Shown here: piece by piece, positions 10,139-23,982 of the stretch
Position numbering within the stretch: position 1 is the first letter of the stretch
Layout: the number at the start of each line of letters is the position of its first letter
Assembly: GCA_963850545.1 (NCBI GenBank)
Contig: CAWKLP010000002.1
Span: 1,501,934 to 1,565,933, forward strand
Reading direction: 5' to 3'
Origin: an uncultured Actinomycetota bacterium
GTDB taxonomy: Bacteria > Actinomycetota > Actinomycetes > Actinomycetales > Cellulomonadaceae
Length of the DNA stretch: 64,000 bases
Translations under genes and position numbers: made by a program
Notes under the pieces: generated by a model
What the model was told of the DNA's origin: nothing
Database searches by the model: none
The model's input: only the letters and a program-made list of their open reading frames with translations

Positions 10139-11272
10139 ATGAAGTTCAGGGTCGAGCGCGACGTCCTCGCCGATGCCGTGACATGGACCGCTCGCACGCT
10201 CCCCACGCGCCCGCCGGCTCCGGTGCTTGCCGGTGTCCGGATCGAGGCCGACGCGCAGGGCGTGATCAACCTCGCGAGCTTCGACTACGAGACGTCTGCG
10301 CGGTCCGAGATCCCCGCTGAGGTCGCGGAGCCGGGCACCGTACTGGTCTCGGGGCGGCTGCTCGCCGAGATCTCTCGCGCGCTGCCCAACAAGCCCGTGG
10401 ACGTTGCCCTCGAGGGCAACAAGGTGATCGTCACCTGCGGCGCCAGCCGGTTCACGCTCCTCACCATGCCTGTGGACGAGTACCCCGCGCTGCCCGGCCT
10501 GCCAGAGGTCAGCGGCACCGTCTCGGGCGACGCCTTCACCCATGCGGTCGCACAGGTGACCGTCGCCGCCAGTCGTGACGACACCCTGCCCCTGCTGACC
10601 GGCGTACGTGTGGAGATCGAGGGTGAGCGCATCACGCTCCTGTCCACAGACCGCTACCGGCTCGCGCTGCGTGAGCTGACGTGGACCCCGGCCACGCCGG
10701 GCTTCTCCGCGGTCGCGCTCGTGCGCGCACGCACGCTGAACGACGTCTCCAAGTCGCTCGGCTCGGGTGGGGGCCTCGTGAACGTCGGCCTGTCCACAGG
10801 CCAGGGTCTCGACCTTGTGGGTTTCGAGGCCGGCGGCCGACAGACCACGTCCCAGCTGGTCGACGGCGACTACCCCGCCGTCCGACGACTGTTCCCCGAC
10901 AGCACGCCCATCCACGCCGTGGTCGCCACCGCTCCGCTGATCGAGGCGGCCAAGCGGGTGAGCCTGGTCGCTGAGCGCAACACGCCGATCCGGCTCTCGT
11001 TCAGCGAGGGCCAGGTCGTGCTGGACGCCGGGCAGGGCGACGACGCACAGGCGTCGGAGGCGCTGGAGGCCGTCCTGGTGGGTGAGGACATCGCGGTGGC
11101 GTTCAACCCCCAGTTCCTGCTCGACGGGCTGGGCGCGCTGGGCACCGACTTCGTCCGGCTGTCGTTCACGCACCCCAACAAGCCGGTCGAGTTCACCGGT
11201 CAGGGCAGCCTGGACGGCGAGGACGACTCCGCCTACCGGTACCTGCTGGTCCCGATCCGTTTCACCGGCTGA
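10139..11272 (+). CDS. dnaN: DNA polymerase III beta sliding clamp
   Basis: MKFRVERDVLADAV, SFDYETS, STDRYRLA, AFNPQFLLDGL, YLLVPIR. Confidence 0.97.
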   Translation: MKFRVERDVLADAVTWTARTLPTRPPAPVLAGVRIEADAQGVINLASFDYETSARSEIPAEVAEPGTVLVSGRLLAEISRALPNKPVDVALEGNKVIVTCGASRFTLLTMPVDEYPALPGLPEVSGTVSGDAFTHAVAQVTVAASRDDTLPLLTGVRVEIEGERITLLSTDRYRLALRELTWTPATPGFSAVALVRARTLNDVSKSLGSGGGLVNVGLSTGQGLDLVGFEAGGRQTTSQLVDGDYPAVRRLFPDSTPIHAVVATAPLIEAAKRVSLVAERNTPIRLSFSEGQVVLDAGQGDDAQASEALEAVLVGEDIAVAFNPQFLLDGLGALGTDFVRLSFTHPNKPVEFTGQGSLDGEDDSAYRYLLVPIRFTG

Positions 11273-11390
11273 TGGTCCCGGGCTCGCCCTGTGGACGGGT
11301 CCCGGCAACCGCAACCACCGCATCGTCAGTCTGCATCAAGGACGGCCGCCACGAGCGCGCTCGTCGAACGACCCAGGAGGATTCACGCAC

Positions 11391-12287
11391 ATGGTCACCC
11401 ACATCGGCCTGGTCGGCCTGGGGAAGATGGGCAACAACATGCGGGCCCGTCTGCGCAAGGGCGGCATCGAGGTCACCGGGTTCGACCCGCGACCGGAGGT
11501 GTCCGACGTCCCGACGCTCGTCGACCTCGCCGCCGCACTCCCCCAAGAGAAGCGGGTCGTCTGGGTCATGGTTCCGGCGGGCGAACCGACTCGGGGTGTC
11601 CTCGACCAGCTCGGTGAGATCCTGGCCGAGGGCGACATCGTGATCGAGGGCGGCAACTCGCACTACGTGGAGGACCAGGAGCGGGCCGCGGAGCTCGCCA
11701 AGAACGGCATCGGCTACCTCGACGTCGGCGTGAGCGGCGGCGTCTGGGGTCTCGAGAACGGGTACGGCCTGATGGTGGGCGGCGCGGCCGAGGACGTGAA
11801 GAGCGTCATGCCGGTCTTCGACGCACTGCGGCCCGAGGGCCCCCGCGAGGAGGGCTTCGTCCACGCCGGCGGCGTCGGCGCCGGCCACTACGCGAAGATG
11901 GTCCACAACGGCATCGAGTACGGCCTCATGCAGGCGTACGCCGAGGGCTACGAGCTCCTCGCCGCCAAGTCGGAGCTCATCACCGACGTGCACGGCACTG
12001 TGAGGGCGTGGAGCCGCGGCACGGTCGTCCGCTCCTGGCTCCTCGACCTCATGGTCAAGGCACTTGAGCAGGACCCGAAACTTGCCCTGCTCGACGACTG
12101 GGTCGACGACTCCGGCGAGGGCCGCTGGACCGTGGACGAGGGCATCGACATGGCCGTGCCGCTTCCCGTGATCTCCGCCGCGCTCTTCGCCCGGTTCGCC
12201 TCCCGCCAGGAGCAGTCGCCGGCCATGAAGGCCGTGGCCGCGCTTCGCCAGCAGTTCGGCGGGCACGCGGTGAAGTCGGCGGAGTAG
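11391..12287 (+). CDS. gnd: 6-phosphogluconate dehydrogenase (short decarboxylating type)
   Basis: [51 protein letters not shown]. Confidence 0.95.
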   Translation: MVTHIGLVGLGKMGNNMRARLRKGGIEVTGFDPRPEVSDVPTLVDLAAALPQEKRVVWVMVPAGEPTRGVLDQLGEILAEGDIVIEGGNSHYVEDQERAAELAKNGIGYLDVGVSGGVWGLENGYGLMVGGAAEDVKSVMPVFDALRPEGPREEGFVHAGGVGAGHYAKMVHNGIEYGLMQAYAEGYELLAAKSELITDVHGTVRAWSRGTVVRSWLLDLMVKALEQDPKLALLDDWVDDSGEGRWTVDEGIDMAVPLPVISAALFARFASRQEQSPAMKAVAALRQQFGGHAVKSAE

Positions 12288-12313
12288 CGGCCGGGACGTA
12301 CGATCACCTACCG

Positions 12314-13552
12314 ATGTACGTCTCCCACCTCTCCCTGCTGGACTTTCGGTCATATGCGGCGGCCGACATAGAGCTCGAGCCTGGAGTCAATGCCTTCGTG
12401 GGGCGCAACGGCCGGGGCAAGACCAACCTCGTCGAGGCGATCGCCTATGTCGCGACCCTCGGTTCGCACCGGGTGGCCACCGATGCGCCCCTCGTCCGGT
12501 CGGGCGCCGACCGGGCCGTCGTGCGGACACGGATCGTGCGGGGCGACCGGGCGAGCACCGTCGAGCTGGAGATCACCCAGGGCAAGGCGAACCGCGCCCG
12601 GATCAACCGCGGCCAGCCGGTGCGGGCGCGAGACGTGCTGGGGGTACTGCGTACGGTGCTCTTCGCGCCGGAGGACCTCGCCCTGGTGAAGGGTGACCCG
12701 GACGGCCGGCGGCGGTTCATGGACCAGCTGCTGGTCCTGATGATGCCGCGGGTGTCCGCCGTGCTCTCCGACTACGAGCGGGTGCTGCGACAGCGGTCCG
12801 CACTGCTCAAGTCGGCGCGGGGGGCACGTCGTTCGGGCGGCTCGTCGCGGTCCGACAGCGCGGCGGCGGCCGAGCTGGCGACGCTCGATGTCTGGGACGC
12901 CCGGCTGGCCGAGCTCGGTGCGGAGATCCTGTCGCTGCGGGTCCAGCTGGTCGACGCGCTCCGCCCCGCGGTCGCAGCGGCGTACGAGCAGGTGAGCGAC
13001 GCCGACGGGCATGCGGAGATCGCCTACCGATCGTCACTGCCGACGCTCTCGTCGAGTAATCCACCGGAGTTGTCCACAGGCTCTGGGGATAACTTTTCGG
13101 ACGTCGGACACCTCCGTGACCTGCTGTTGGAGGCTCTCGTCGCGGCCCGGCCGCAGGAGCTCGAGCGCGGAGTCAGCCTTGTCGGCCCCCACCGGGACGA
13201 CCTCGTCCTGACCCTCGGCGGGCTGCCTGCCAAGGGCTACGCCAGCCATGGCGAATCCTGGTCGTTCGCGCTCGCGCTGCGGCTCGCGTCGTTCCGGCTC
13301 CTGGGCGGAGATCCGCAGAATTCGGCGGATTCACCCGCATTCTGGGATCCGGATCTGGGCACTGATGCCGACCCGGTGCTGATCCTCGACGACGTGTTCG
13401 CCGAGCTCGACGTCCGACGTCGGGAACGGCTCGCGGAGCTGGTCCTCCCCGCCCGCCAGGTGCTGGTGACGGCGGCCGTGCCCGAGGATATCCCCAAGGT
13501 CCTCGACGGCGTACGGTTTCACGTGGAACCCGGGACGGTGACCCGTGACTGA
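12314..13552 (+). CDS. recF: DNA replication/repair protein RecF
   Basis: [10 protein letters not shown] Walker [28 protein letters not shown]. Confidence 0.97.
   Translation: MYVSHLSLLDFRSYAAADIELEPGVNAFVGRNGRGKTNLVEAIAYVATLGSHRVATDAPLVRSGADRAVVRTRIVRGDRASTVELEITQGKANRARINRGQPVRARDVLGVLRTVLFAPEDLALVKGDPDGRRRFMDQLLVLMMPRVSAVLSDYERVLRQRSALLKSARGARRSGGSSRSDSAAAAELATLDVWDARLAELGAEILSLRVQLVDALRPAVAAAYEQVSDADGHAEIAYRSSLPTLSSSNPPELSTGSGDNFSDVGHLRDLLLEALVAARPQELERGVSLVGPHRDDLVLTLGGLPAKGYASHGESWSFALALRLASFRLLGGDPQNSADSPAFWDPDLGTDADPVLILDDVFAELDVRRRERLAELVLPARQVLVTAAVPEDIPKVLDGVRFHVEPGTVTRD
13515..13530. promoter_or_regulatory. parS site (inside the recF 3' end)
   Basis: GGTTTCACGTGGAACC. Confidence 0.75.
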
Positions 13553-14087
13553 CGAATCTCCACAGGGGCCTGTGGATAACTCTGAGCCCAGTCTGACCCC
13601 GGCGTCGGAGGTGGCGCGGGCCGCGTTGAACCGCGCCAAAGCAGCGGCCCGTGCCCGTGGGCTGCGGCCCGGATCGCCCTCGCGCCGCTCCCCCCTTGCC
13701 GAGCCCCGGTCGAGCGGATCCGGGCCTGGTGCGCGGGATCCGCAGCTCCTCGGGTCGTTGGTAGGCCGGCTCCTGCGCGAGAAGGGCTGGACCGAGGACG
13801 TGTCCGTCGGGGGCGTCATGGGCCGGTGGCGCGAGGTCGTAGGCCCGGAGATCGCCGACCACTGCACGCCAGAGACGTTCGAGGACAAGGTGCTGGTGGT
13901 GCGCGCGGACTCGACGGCCTGGGCGACACAGCTCCGAATGCTGGCGCCGACGCTGATCCGGAGGATGGCGGAGGAGATCGGCGAGGGCGTCGTCGAGGAG
14001 GTCACGGTGCTCGGGCCGGCCGGACCTGGGTTCCGGCGCGGGCCCCGGTCCGTGCGCGGACCCGGTCCACGGGACACCTGGGGCTGA
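13545..14087 (+). CDS. DUF721 / DciA-family protein
   Basis: [39 protein letters not shown]; syntenic between recF and gyrB. Confidence 0.88.
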   Translation: MTDESPQGPVDNSEPSLTPASEVARAALNRAKAAARARGLRPGSPSRRSPLAEPRSSGSGPGARDPQLLGSLVGRLLREKGWTEDVSVGGVMGRWREVVGPEIADHCTPETFEDKVLVVRADSTAWATQLRMLAPTLIRRMAEEIGEGVVEEVTVLGPAGPGFRRGPRSVRGPGPRDTWG

Positions 14088-14174
14088 CGCCGCGGGCGGC
14101 GTTCGACGACCCTGTGCACCACCGCTGGGCTCGTAGGCGGGAGCCCCAGCGGGAACTGCACGTGAAATAGCAAA

Positions 14175-14206
14175 AAGGGCTCCCCGGCCGAGGCCGGGGA
14201 GCCCTT
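14175..14206. terminator. Bidirectional intrinsic terminator between convergent genes
   Basis: AAGGGCTCCCCGGCC-GA-GGCCGGGGAGCCCTT, with an A-tract before and a T-rich tract after. Confidence 0.8.
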
Positions 14207-14248
14207 CTTCGCTCAGCTGCGCCGTAGCGTCAGCCAGAAGTCACTTGC

Positions 14249-15043
14249 TCAGGCGTTCGACATGCGCTTGCGGGCCCAGACCAGGGCGACGCCACCGGCG
14301 GCGAGCAGTGCGGCGAACGCGATGGCGCCACCGACGGTCGCACCGGTCGCGGCGAGCACCTCGGGCTCCTCAGCTTCGGCGCTGGGGCTGGGGCTGGGGG
14401 ACGCGGACGGCTCGTCGACGGGGGCCACGGAGGCCTCCACGACCGGCTCGCTCGGCTCGGGCGCGGGCTCGCAGTTCTCCTCGATGACGACGAGCTCGAC
14501 CGGCAGCAGCGCCGTGCCGTCGTCCTGGAGCAGGTATGCACCCAGGTCCTCGGGGAAGGCGAAGGCGTCCGAGTTGAGCGTGGCGATGATGCCGGCGTCG
14601 GACTTGGAGTAGGTGATCGCCTCGGTGTTCTCCGGCAGGGCGACGTCGTCGAGGCTGGCGGCGCAGCCGGACACGATCTCGGGGGTCAGCGGGGACACGA
14701 CCTCGGCGGGGGGCGGCGTCTGGCAGACGCCGATCGAGCCGGACTCCGACCAGTCGAACTGGTCGTTGTCGTACGCGTCGACGGTGACGGTCCACTCGTG
14801 CGCTGCGTCGAGCGCGAGGCCGTCGTACTGCGCCTGGAAACCGTCCGAGAACTCGGCCTCCTCGACGAGCTTGCCGTCGATGGTGACCGTGACCGAGGCC
14901 CCGGAGTAGTACTTGAGGTCCACGTTCACAAACCCGCAGTCAGCGGAGACGCTCGGGGTGTGCGCGGAAGCGGGAGCGGCTCCGGCGATCATGCCGCCGA
15001 ATGCCAGTACGGCGAGAGTTCCGCCGGCGAGAAGCTTCTTCAC
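14249..15043 (-). CDS. Secreted cell-wall-anchored protein with LAxTG sorting signal
   Basis: Signal peptide (PASA-H), Pro/Ser linker, LAATG + hydrophobic helix + basic tail RKR. Confidence 0.75.
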   Translation of the reverse strand: MKKLLAGGTLAVLAFGGMIAGAAPASAHTPSVSADCGFVNVDLKYYSGASVTVTIDGKLVEEAEFSDGFQAQYDGLALDAAHEWTVTVDAYDNDQFDWSESGSIGVCQTPPPAEVVSPLTPEIVSGCAASLDDVALPENTEAITYSKSDAGIIATLNSDAFAFPEDLGAYLLQDDGTALLPVELVVIEENCEPAPEPSEPVVEASVAPVDEPSASPSPSPSAEAEEPEVLAATGATVGGAIAFAALLAAGGVALVWARKRMSNA

Positions 15044-15473
15044 TCTGGTTGCCCTTCGAAGAGAGACTGTGCGCGCAGCCGCGCGCGTGTGACCGGTCGG
15101 CGCAATTAGAGCAGAAAACTACAAATCAACGAAATGTCACCTTCTGCGTGCAAAATTTCTGACCTTCGACAGCCACGGGCATGACCATTCGGAGGCGATC
15201 CGGCCTGTTCGGACCGGCTGTCGCACGGGTGTGCGAGGGCTCGGCGCCGACGCGGTGACGGACCCCGCCGAGATGGTTGGACGCGGCCCCGATCGAGGGC
15301 CTGGAGGCCGTCCTGGAACCCCTTCAGGACCCCAAAAATCACCCTGTGGAGAAAGGTTGTGGAGGACTGGCTACAAACAGCCTCGGATCCCGGGTTTTCG
15401 CCGCTCAGAAGGTAGTATGAGGGGGTCAACCGCGCCGGGTTCCCAGGATCGTCCTGAGGACCCGGAACGCTGA

Positions 15474-17696
<2,223 letters not shown>

Positions 17697-17816
17697 GGAG
17701 AGAGCTCGCGAGCACCGGCGCGATCGCCCCCATCCGGGCGTGCGGCGTCGGGCACGGAAATGGTGGCCCAGGAGACGAAGTGACACGCCCATCGGCGTGG
17801 AAAGGAAGTACAGACG

Positions 17817-20483
17817 GTGACGGACGAGACCCCCGGCGTGGAGAACTCCGACGACGGCATTCCCATGGACGAGGCGCGGGTCGCGGTGCATCACGGCCGC
17901 GTCGAGCAGGTAGACCTGCAGCTGGAGATGCAGCGGTCGTACCTCGACTACGCGATGAGCGTGATCGTGGGCCGCGCGCTGCCCGATGTGCGCGACGGCC
18001 TCAAGCCGGTGCACCGCCGCGTCATCTACGCGATGTACGACGGCGGCTACCGCCCCGACCGCGCGTTCTCCAAGTGCTCGCGCGTGGTGGGCGACGTCAT
18101 GGGCAAGTACCACCCGCACGGTGACACCGCGATCTACGACACCCTGGTGCGCCTGGTCCAGGACTGGGTGCTGCGCTACCCGCTGGTCGCCGGCCAGGGC
18201 AACTTCGGCTCGCCGGGCAACGACCCCGCGGCCGCCCCGCGGTACACCGAGTGCAAGATGGCGCCGCTCGCGATGGAGATGGTGCGCGACATCGAGAAGG
18301 GCACCGTCGACTTCCGGCCCAACTACGACGGCCGGACGCAGGAGCCGGTGGTCCTTCCGGCGCGCATCCCGAACCTGCTGGTCAACGGCTCGGCAGGCAT
18401 CGCCGTCGGTATGGCCACGAACATCCCGCCGCACAACCTCCGCGAGGTGGCCGACGGCGTGCGGTGGCACCTCGCCCACCCCGAGGCCACGCGCGAGGAG
18501 CTGCTCGAGGCGCTCATGCAGCGCATCAAGGGTCCGGACTTCCCGTCGGGGGCGCAGATCCTGGGCCACAAGGGCATCGAGGACGCCTACCGCACGGGCC
18601 GCGGCTCCATCACGATGCGGGCCGTGGTGAGCGTCGAGGAGATCCAGAACCGGATCTGCCTGGTCGTCACCGAGCTGCCGTACATGGTGAACCCGGACAA
18701 CCTGGCGTCGAAGATCGCGGACCTCGTCAACGACGGTCGGATCAACGGGATCGCCGACATCCGCGACGAGACGTCGGGCCGCACCGGCCAGCGCCTCGTG
18801 ATCGTGCTCAAGCGCGACGCCGTGGCGAAGGTGGTGCTGAACAACCTCTACAAGCACACGCAGCTGCAGGAGAACTTCAGCGCGAACATGCTCGCGCTGG
18901 TCGACGAGGTGCCCCGCACGCTCAGTGTCGACGCGTTCGTGCGGCACTGGACCACGCACCAGATCGAGGTAGTGCGCCGGCGCACCGAGTACCTCCTCAA
19001 GGAGGCGCAGGACCAGATCCACATCTACGAGGGCTACCTCAAGGCCCTCGACGCGCTCGACGAGGTCATCGCGCTGATCCGCCGCTCCCCCGACGCCGAC
19101 GAGGCACGGACGGGCCTGATGGACCTGCTCACCATCGACGAGCAGCAGGCGAACGCGATCCTCGCGCTGCAGCTGCGCCGTCTGGCTGCCCTCGAGCGGC
19201 AGAAGATCCTCGACGATCACGCCAAGCTCCAGACCCAGATCGACGACTACCTGGACATCCTCGCCAAGCCGGACCGCCAGCGGTCCATCGTGGGCGAGGA
19301 GCTCGACGAGGTCACCGAGCGCTGGGGCGACGAGCGTCGCACGACGATCCTCCCCTACGACGGCGACATGTCCATGGAGGACCTCATCCCCGAGGAGGAC
19401 GTCGTCGTCACGATCACGCGTGGCGGCTACGCCAAGCGGACGCGGACGGACAACTACCGCTCGCAGAAGCGGGGCGGCAAGGGCGTGCGCGGCACGCAGC
19501 TGCGCGAGGACGACATCGTGGACCACTTCTTCACGACGACGACCCACCACTGGATGCTGTTCTTCACCAACCTCGGCCGGGTATACCGGGCCAAGGGCTA
19601 CGAGCTGCCCGAGGGCGGCCGTGACGCCAAGGGGCAGCACGTCGCGAACCTGCTGGCCTTCCAGCCCGGCGAGAAGATCGCCCAGGTGCTCGACATCCCC
19701 GACTACGAGGCCGCCGAGTACCTGGTCCTGGCCACGCGGCGCGGGCTCGTGAAGAAGACGCGCCTGAGCGAGTACAACTCGCCGCGCACGGGCGGCCTCA
19801 TCGCGATCAACCTGCGTGAGGACGCCGACGGCGCCGCGGACGAGCTGGTCTCCGCTCGTCTCGTGAACGCGGACGACGACCTCATCCTCGTGTCGCGCAA
19901 GGGCCAGTCGATCCGGTTCCACGCGGACGACGAGTCGATCCGCCCGCTGGGCCGGGCCACCTCCGGTGTCACTGGGATGAAGTTCCGGGAGGACGACGAG
20001 CTGCTGTCCGCCGCGGTCGTCATCGACGGGGCCGACCTCTTCGTCGTGACCGAGGGCGGCTTCGCGAAGCGCACGCGCATCTCGGAGTACCGGATCCAGG
20101 GCCGTGGTGGCCTCGGCATCAAGGTCGCCAACCTCGTGGAGGCGCGCGGGGACCTCGTGGGGGCGCTCGTCACGCACTCCGACGACGAGGTCCTGGTCAT
20201 CATGGAGCGCGGGAAGATCGTGCGCTCGGCAGTTGCCGAAGTTAACCTCACAGGCCGGAACACGCAGGGGGTAACCTTCGCAAAGCCGGACAAGGGGGAC
20301 AGGATCATCGCCGTCGCGCGCAACGCGGAGCGTGAAGATGCGGGCGATGCGACGGGTGCTGTCGACGAGAACTCCGACGACGATCCTGCTGAGCGGGTTA
20401 CCGTGGAGATTCCGACCCCCGACGAAGTTCCGAGCACCCCTGAGCAGACAGCACCGGACGCGAGGACAGCTGATGACGAGTGA
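17817..20483 (+). CDS. gyrA: DNA gyrase subunit A
   Basis: [17 protein letters not shown], GyrA box QKRGGKG. Confidence 0.98.
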   Translation: MTDETPGVENSDDGIPMDEARVAVHHGRVEQVDLQLEMQRSYLDYAMSVIVGRALPDVRDGLKPVHRRVIYAMYDGGYRPDRAFSKCSRVVGDVMGKYHPHGDTAIYDTLVRLVQDWVLRYPLVAGQGNFGSPGNDPAAAPRYTECKMAPLAMEMVRDIEKGTVDFRPNYDGRTQEPVVLPARIPNLLVNGSAGIAVGMATNIPPHNLREVADGVRWHLAHPEATREELLEALMQRIKGPDFPSGAQILGHKGIEDAYRTGRGSITMRAVVSVEEIQNRICLVVTELPYMVNPDNLASKIADLVNDGRINGIADIRDETSGRTGQRLVIVLKRDAVAKVVLNNLYKHTQLQENFSANMLALVDEVPRTLSVDAFVRHWTTHQIEVVRRRTEYLLKEAQDQIHIYEGYLKALDALDEVIALIRRSPDADEARTGLMDLLTIDEQQANAILALQLRRLAALERQKILDDHAKLQTQIDDYLDILAKPDRQRSIVGEELDEVTERWGDERRTTILPYDGDMSMEDLIPEEDVVVTITRGGYAKRTRTDNYRSQKRGGKGVRGTQLREDDIVDHFFTTTTHHWMLFFTNLGRVYRAKGYELPEGGRDAKGQHVANLLAFQPGEKIAQVLDIPDYEAAEYLVLATRRGLVKKTRLSEYNSPRTGGLIAINLREDADGAADELVSARLVNADDDLILVSRKGQSIRFHADDESIRPLGRATSGVTGMKFREDDELLSAAVVIDGADLFVVTEGGFAKRTRISEYRIQGRGGLGIKVANLVEARGDLVGALVTHSDDEVLVIMERGKIVRSAVAEVNLTGRNTQGVTFAKPDKGDRIIAVARNAEREDAGDATGAVDENSDDDPAERVTVEIPTPDEVPSTPEQTAPDARTADDE

Positions 20484-21741
20484 CAAGAACGGGCCCGTGC
20501 GCACCGCGACGCCTGCGCTCGAGGACGACCTGGAGATCACCCGGGATCGCAAGGCCATAACCGAGGACAAGGCCCCGGCCGAGACCCCGGGCACCAAGCC
20601 GGCAGGGGCCGGTTCCGAGAAGAGCTCCGCATCGAACGGGTCGTCGACGGCCAAGAAGGCCGACGCTGGTGCCACTTCGAGCAGCGAGGCGTCCACGGCC
20701 GGCGGGGACAAGGGCGGCGACGCGCTGCCCGAGCCGATAGTGATCGCGCCGCCGAAGGCGGGCGAGCCCAAGCCGGGGACCAAGCCCCCGGCGCCGCCCG
20801 CACCGGGCGACCCGGGTCTGGCCGTTCCCACGACGGGCGGGGTCTGGCGGTCTGCCTACGAGGCGGGCCGCCCGGGCAAGGAGCCGAAGCCGCCGCAGCC
20901 CGCGCCGTCGGCGAATGGCGAGCCCAAGGCCCCTCCGGGCCTCGTCTCGGCGATCGGGCGGGCGTCGGCGAAGACCGACGCCCCGGCGTCGCAGGACACC
21001 CCGGTACCTGGGCCCGATGCGAGCGCGAAGTCGTGGAACCGGGTTCCGGCGCCCGGGGCACCCGCAAGCGTGCCGGCGGCTGCCCCCACGGGTGCCGCGG
21101 ACGGCGTGAAGGCCGGCGCGATGAAGGCTGCCCAGGCTGCCCTCGACGCGGCCCGCAGCGCGGCGAAGAAGGTGTCGTCCATCATGCCCGACGACGAGAA
21201 CCAGACGGCGTCGGCCCCGAGCGAGACCAAGCCGAGGCCGGACATGCATTACACGGCGGCTGGAGTGCGAGGCACCGCGACCCCGGTCGGTGCGCCGGCC
21301 GCCGGTGCGCCGGGGCAGCAGTCGCCGGCTCATCCGGCGTCGGCCCCCACGCCCGAGGTGCCGCGTCCGGCCCCGGCCGGCCCGCGCCGGGTGCGCCTCG
21401 CGGTCTCCCGGGTGGACCCCTGGTCCGTCATGAAGCTGGCGTTCCTGCTGGCCGTCGCGATCGCGATCATGACGGTGGTCGCGACCGCGGTGTTCTGGTC
21501 CGTGCTGGACGGCTTCGGCGTGTTCACCACGGTGCAGAGCTTCGTGGAGGACGCCGTCGGGCCGCAGAGCAACGTGAACCTCACGCAGTTCGTGGAGTTC
21601 CCCCGCGTCATCTCGCTCGCGACCCTGATCAGCATCTGCAACATCGTGCTGCTGACGGCGATCGCGACCATCATGGCGTTCCTGTACAACATCACGGCGG
21701 CACTCGTCGGCGGCGTCCACATGACGCTCACCGACGACTGA
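20473..21741 (+). CDS. DUF3566 domain membrane protein with long disordered N-terminus
   Basis: C-terminal [22 protein letters not shown]...[12 protein letters not shown]; conserved position after gyrA. Confidence 0.88.
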   Translation: MTSDKNGPVRTATPALEDDLEITRDRKAITEDKAPAETPGTKPAGAGSEKSSASNGSSTAKKADAGATSSSEASTAGGDKGGDALPEPIVIAPPKAGEPKPGTKPPAPPAPGDPGLAVPTTGGVWRSAYEAGRPGKEPKPPQPAPSANGEPKAPPGLVSAIGRASAKTDAPASQDTPVPGPDASAKSWNRVPAPGAPASVPAAAPTGAADGVKAGAMKAAQAALDAARSAAKKVSSIMPDDENQTASAPSETKPRPDMHYTAAGVRGTATPVGAPAAGAPGQQSPAHPASAPTPEVPRPAPAGPRRVRLAVSRVDPWSVMKLAFLLAVAIAIMTVVATAVFWSVLDGFGVFTTVQSFVEDAVGPQSNVNLTQFVEFPRVISLATLISICNIVLLTAIATIMAFLYNITAALVGGVHMTLTDD

Positions 21742-21892
21742 CCGACGCCTCATCGGCGTCACCCAGAGCGTTCCCGTGCGCCGTCGCGCACGACTCGATG
21801 CACGTCACACCGCGGACCACGATTTCGGTTTGGGACATCGTCCCTACCTGGGGTAATCTCCAGTGTCGCGTGAGCGTGCGGAACGCTCGCCC

Positions 21893-21966
21893 GGGGCTAT
21901 AGCTCAGACGGTTAGAGCGCTTCCCTGATAAGGAAGAGGTCGGAGGTTCAAGTCCTCCTAGCCCCA
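21893..21966 (+). tRNA. tRNA-Ile (GAT)
   Basis: Acceptor GGGGCTA/TAGCCCC, anticodon arm TTCCC-TGATAAG-GAA, GTTCAAGT T-loop; CCA not encoded. Confidence 0.97.
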
Positions 21967-22001
21967 CTCCCGGACCTGCAGAGGCTCCCCAGGAGGAACT
22001 C

Positions 22002-22121
22002 GTGAAGAAGCTGCTCGTAGTGCTGCTCGCGGCCGGTGCCGGCTACGTTCTCTGGCGCAAGCTGAGTGAGGACGCAGCGGGGCGCGATCTCTGGTCCGAG
22101 GTGACCGACTCGATCGACTGA
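22002..22121 (+). CDS. DLW-39 family small protein (39 aa)
   Basis: Read manually: MKKLLVVLLAAGAGYVLWRKLSEDAAGRDLWSEVTDSID; AGGAGG RBS; typical location between tRNA-Ile and tRNA-Ala. Confidence 0.9.
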   Translation: MKKLLVVLLAAGAGYVLWRKLSEDAAGRDLWSEVTDSID

Positions 22122-22133
22122 GCGGCCCTCAGC

Positions 22134-22206
22134 GGGGCCATGGCGCAATTGGTAGCGCACCTGCTTTGCAAGCAGGGGGTTGCGGGTTCGAGTCCCGCTG
22201 GCTCCA
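22134..22206 (+). tRNA. tRNA-Ala (TGC), integration target
   Basis: GGGGCCA acceptor, CCTGC-TTTGCAA-GCAGG anticodon arm, GGTTCGAGTCC. Confidence 0.97.
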
Positions 22207-22208
22207 CC
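22171..22208 (+). repeat. attL core (38 bp)
   Basis: AGCAGGGGGTTGCGGGTTCGAGTCCCGCTGGCTCCACC, identical to 49980-50017. Confidence 0.95.
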
Positions 22209-22212
22209 TGGT

Positions 22213-22244
22213 GAAGGCCGTTGACCTGCTGGTCAGCGGCCTTC
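22213..22244 (+). terminator. Element-supplied hairpin downstream of the restored tRNA
   Basis: GAAGGCCGTTGACC-TGCT-GGTCAGCGGCCTTC. Confidence 0.55.
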
Positions 22245-22288
22245 CGCGTTCCTCGCAAGGCATCGACGAAAGAGCGATGCGATGAGGA

Positions 22289-22310
22289 TGACACGGTTTG
22301 TGACACGGTT
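22289..22310 (+). repeat. Putative integrase arm-type sites (left), TGACACGGTT x2 at 12-bp period
   Basis: Copies at 22289 and 22301; same motif recurs near attR. Confidence 0.7.
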
Positions 22311-22383
22311 GCGGCGCCCATGGTTGCCCGTGGCCGACGGCGATTACGGGCGGGACTTGGTCGCCGCCGGATTCTTAATGGGT

Positions 22384-22659
22384 ATGAGCACGACGCCCGA
22401 CGAGCACCCTCGGCTGGACCGCACTCCGATGTGGACGCTGGACGAGTTGTGCGCGCTGGTGCGTACGACGCCGGCCACCGTGCACACGTGGCGCAAGCGC
22501 GGCACCGGTCCGCGTGCATACAAGGTCGGGCGCCACCTGCTGTTCGCAGAGTCGGACGTTGCCGCATGGCTGGCCACGTGCGCCGCCGCTGCAGAAACGG
22601 ACATCGACGGTGAGTGGTACGGCGACCGCGACTCTGCTGGCAACGGGTCGGGGTGGTGA
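22384..22659 (+). CDS. Excisionase / AlpA-like HTH protein
   Basis: WTLDELCALVRTTPATVHTWRKRGTGPRAYKVGRHLLFAESDVAAWL; immediately upstream of the integrase. Confidence 0.85.
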   Translation: MSTTPDEHPRLDRTPMWTLDELCALVRTTPATVHTWRKRGTGPRAYKVGRHLLFAESDVAAWLATCAAAAETDIDGEWYGDRDSAGNGSGW

Positions 22660-22662
22660 CCC

Positions 22663-23982
22663 GTGGGCAAGCAGAAGCTCCAGCCGGGCGAGCACGGTGA
22701 GATCTTCCTTCAGGAGACCGGCCCGAATAAGTGGCGCGCCCGCACGCGGCTATGTCTGTGGGACAACTCCGAGGTGTGGGTTTCCCGCAACGCGTCGACC
22801 GACGATGCCGCCAGGTTGAAGGTGCAGAAGGGTGTGGTCGAACGCCTCGCTGCGGCGCGCGGGTCGGACGACCTGAAGCCGACGTCGAAGCTCGGACTCG
22901 CGTGTCGGCAATGGATCGAGGAAATGCGAGAGCGTTCCTCGTGGCCGAAGCCGCCGATCCTTCCCCAGTCCATAGACGAATACGAGCGGGTCATCGGCAA
23001 CCACGTCATTCCGCGCCTGGGTCAGCGGCGATTGAACGAACTGACCCCTGCGCTGTGTCAGAAGTTCCTGGACACGCTTCTCAAGCAGGGCAAGGGCGGC
23101 AAGCACAACATGGTCACCACGACGCGGCAGGCCCGAAACGTGGTGAACCAGGTGCTCGACCGCGCCGTCGTGCACGACGCACTGCGGGACAACCCGATGC
23201 GTAAGACGATCGCGCCGTCGAAGGTGAAGCCCGAACCGAAGGCGATCACCGCTCTGGAAATCGGTCGCCTTCGAATGATCGTGCGCGGCTGGGAGGCGTC
23301 GAGGGAAGGCAAGTTGGGGCCGAAGCCGACCGGGCACCTACGCGTAGCGGTCGACGTGATGCTTGGAGCTGGTCTACGGATCGGGGAGGTCATGGCACTG
23401 CGTTGGGGAGAGGTGAATCTCTCCCCCGACGGGCTGCCCACGCTCGCCGTGGAAGCCACCATGACCGACATCAAGGGTCAGGGGGTCGTGCGGCAGGAGC
23501 AGCCGAAGACCCCTGCCGGGGTGCGAACGATCATTCTCCCGCCATTCGCAGTCGATGCGTTGAACTCGATCCGGCCCGCCGTGACGTCCGCCGACATGCC
23601 GGTCTTCCAGGGCCGGCTGTTCAAGGACGGCCGCAACGCCGGGCGGCCCGTGTCGACGCACAACCTCCGCCGAATGCTGCGCACCGCCTTGGAGCTCGCG
23701 GACATGAAGGGAGCAGTGCACCCGCACCTGTTGCGCTCGACAGTGGCGACCCAAGTTGCCCGCAAGATGCGAGCATCGGACGCAGCAGCGCTCCTCGGTC
23801 ACGCGATCGACGCAGGAATCACCGGCAGGCACTACATCAAGCGCCTCCGGCTGGCTCCAGACACCTCGGCGGTACTGCAAGCCATGGTCGAGGCCGGCGA
23901 CGAGGAAGCGGCACGCGAAGCAGCCGAGAACTACGAGGCGGCGGCGGACGCAACTACCAGAGTGGTGGCTGCTCTTCGTTGA
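22663..23982 (+). CDS. Tyrosine recombinase / integrase
   Basis: GLRIGEVMALRW (R), PKT (K), HLLR (HxxR), LLGH and RHY (catalytic Tyr). Confidence 0.93.
   Translation: MGKQKLQPGEHGEIFLQETGPNKWRARTRLCLWDNSEVWVSRNASTDDAARLKVQKGVVERLAAARGSDDLKPTSKLGLACRQWIEEMRERSSWPKPPILPQSIDEYERVIGNHVIPRLGQRRLNELTPALCQKFLDTLLKQGKGGKHNMVTTTRQARNVVNQVLDRAVVHDALRDNPMRKTIAPSKVKPEPKAITALEIGRLRMIVRGWEASREGKLGPKPTGHLRVAVDVMLGAGLRIGEVMALRWGEVNLSPDGLPTLAVEATMTDIKGQGVVRQEQPKTPAGVRTIILPPFAVDALNSIRPAVTSADMPVFQGRLFKDGRNAGRPVSTHNLRRMLRTALELADMKGAVHPHLLRSTVATQVARKMRASDAAALLGHAIDAGITGRHYIKRLRLAPDTSAVLQAMVEAGDEEAAREAAENYEAAADATTRVVAALR

Noticed and set aside
20221-20410. GGTAACC/GTTAAC-like words and A/T-rich codons at the gyrA 3' end
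   Set aside because: Too short and irregular to define a motif; may simply be an internal promoter for the downstream gene.
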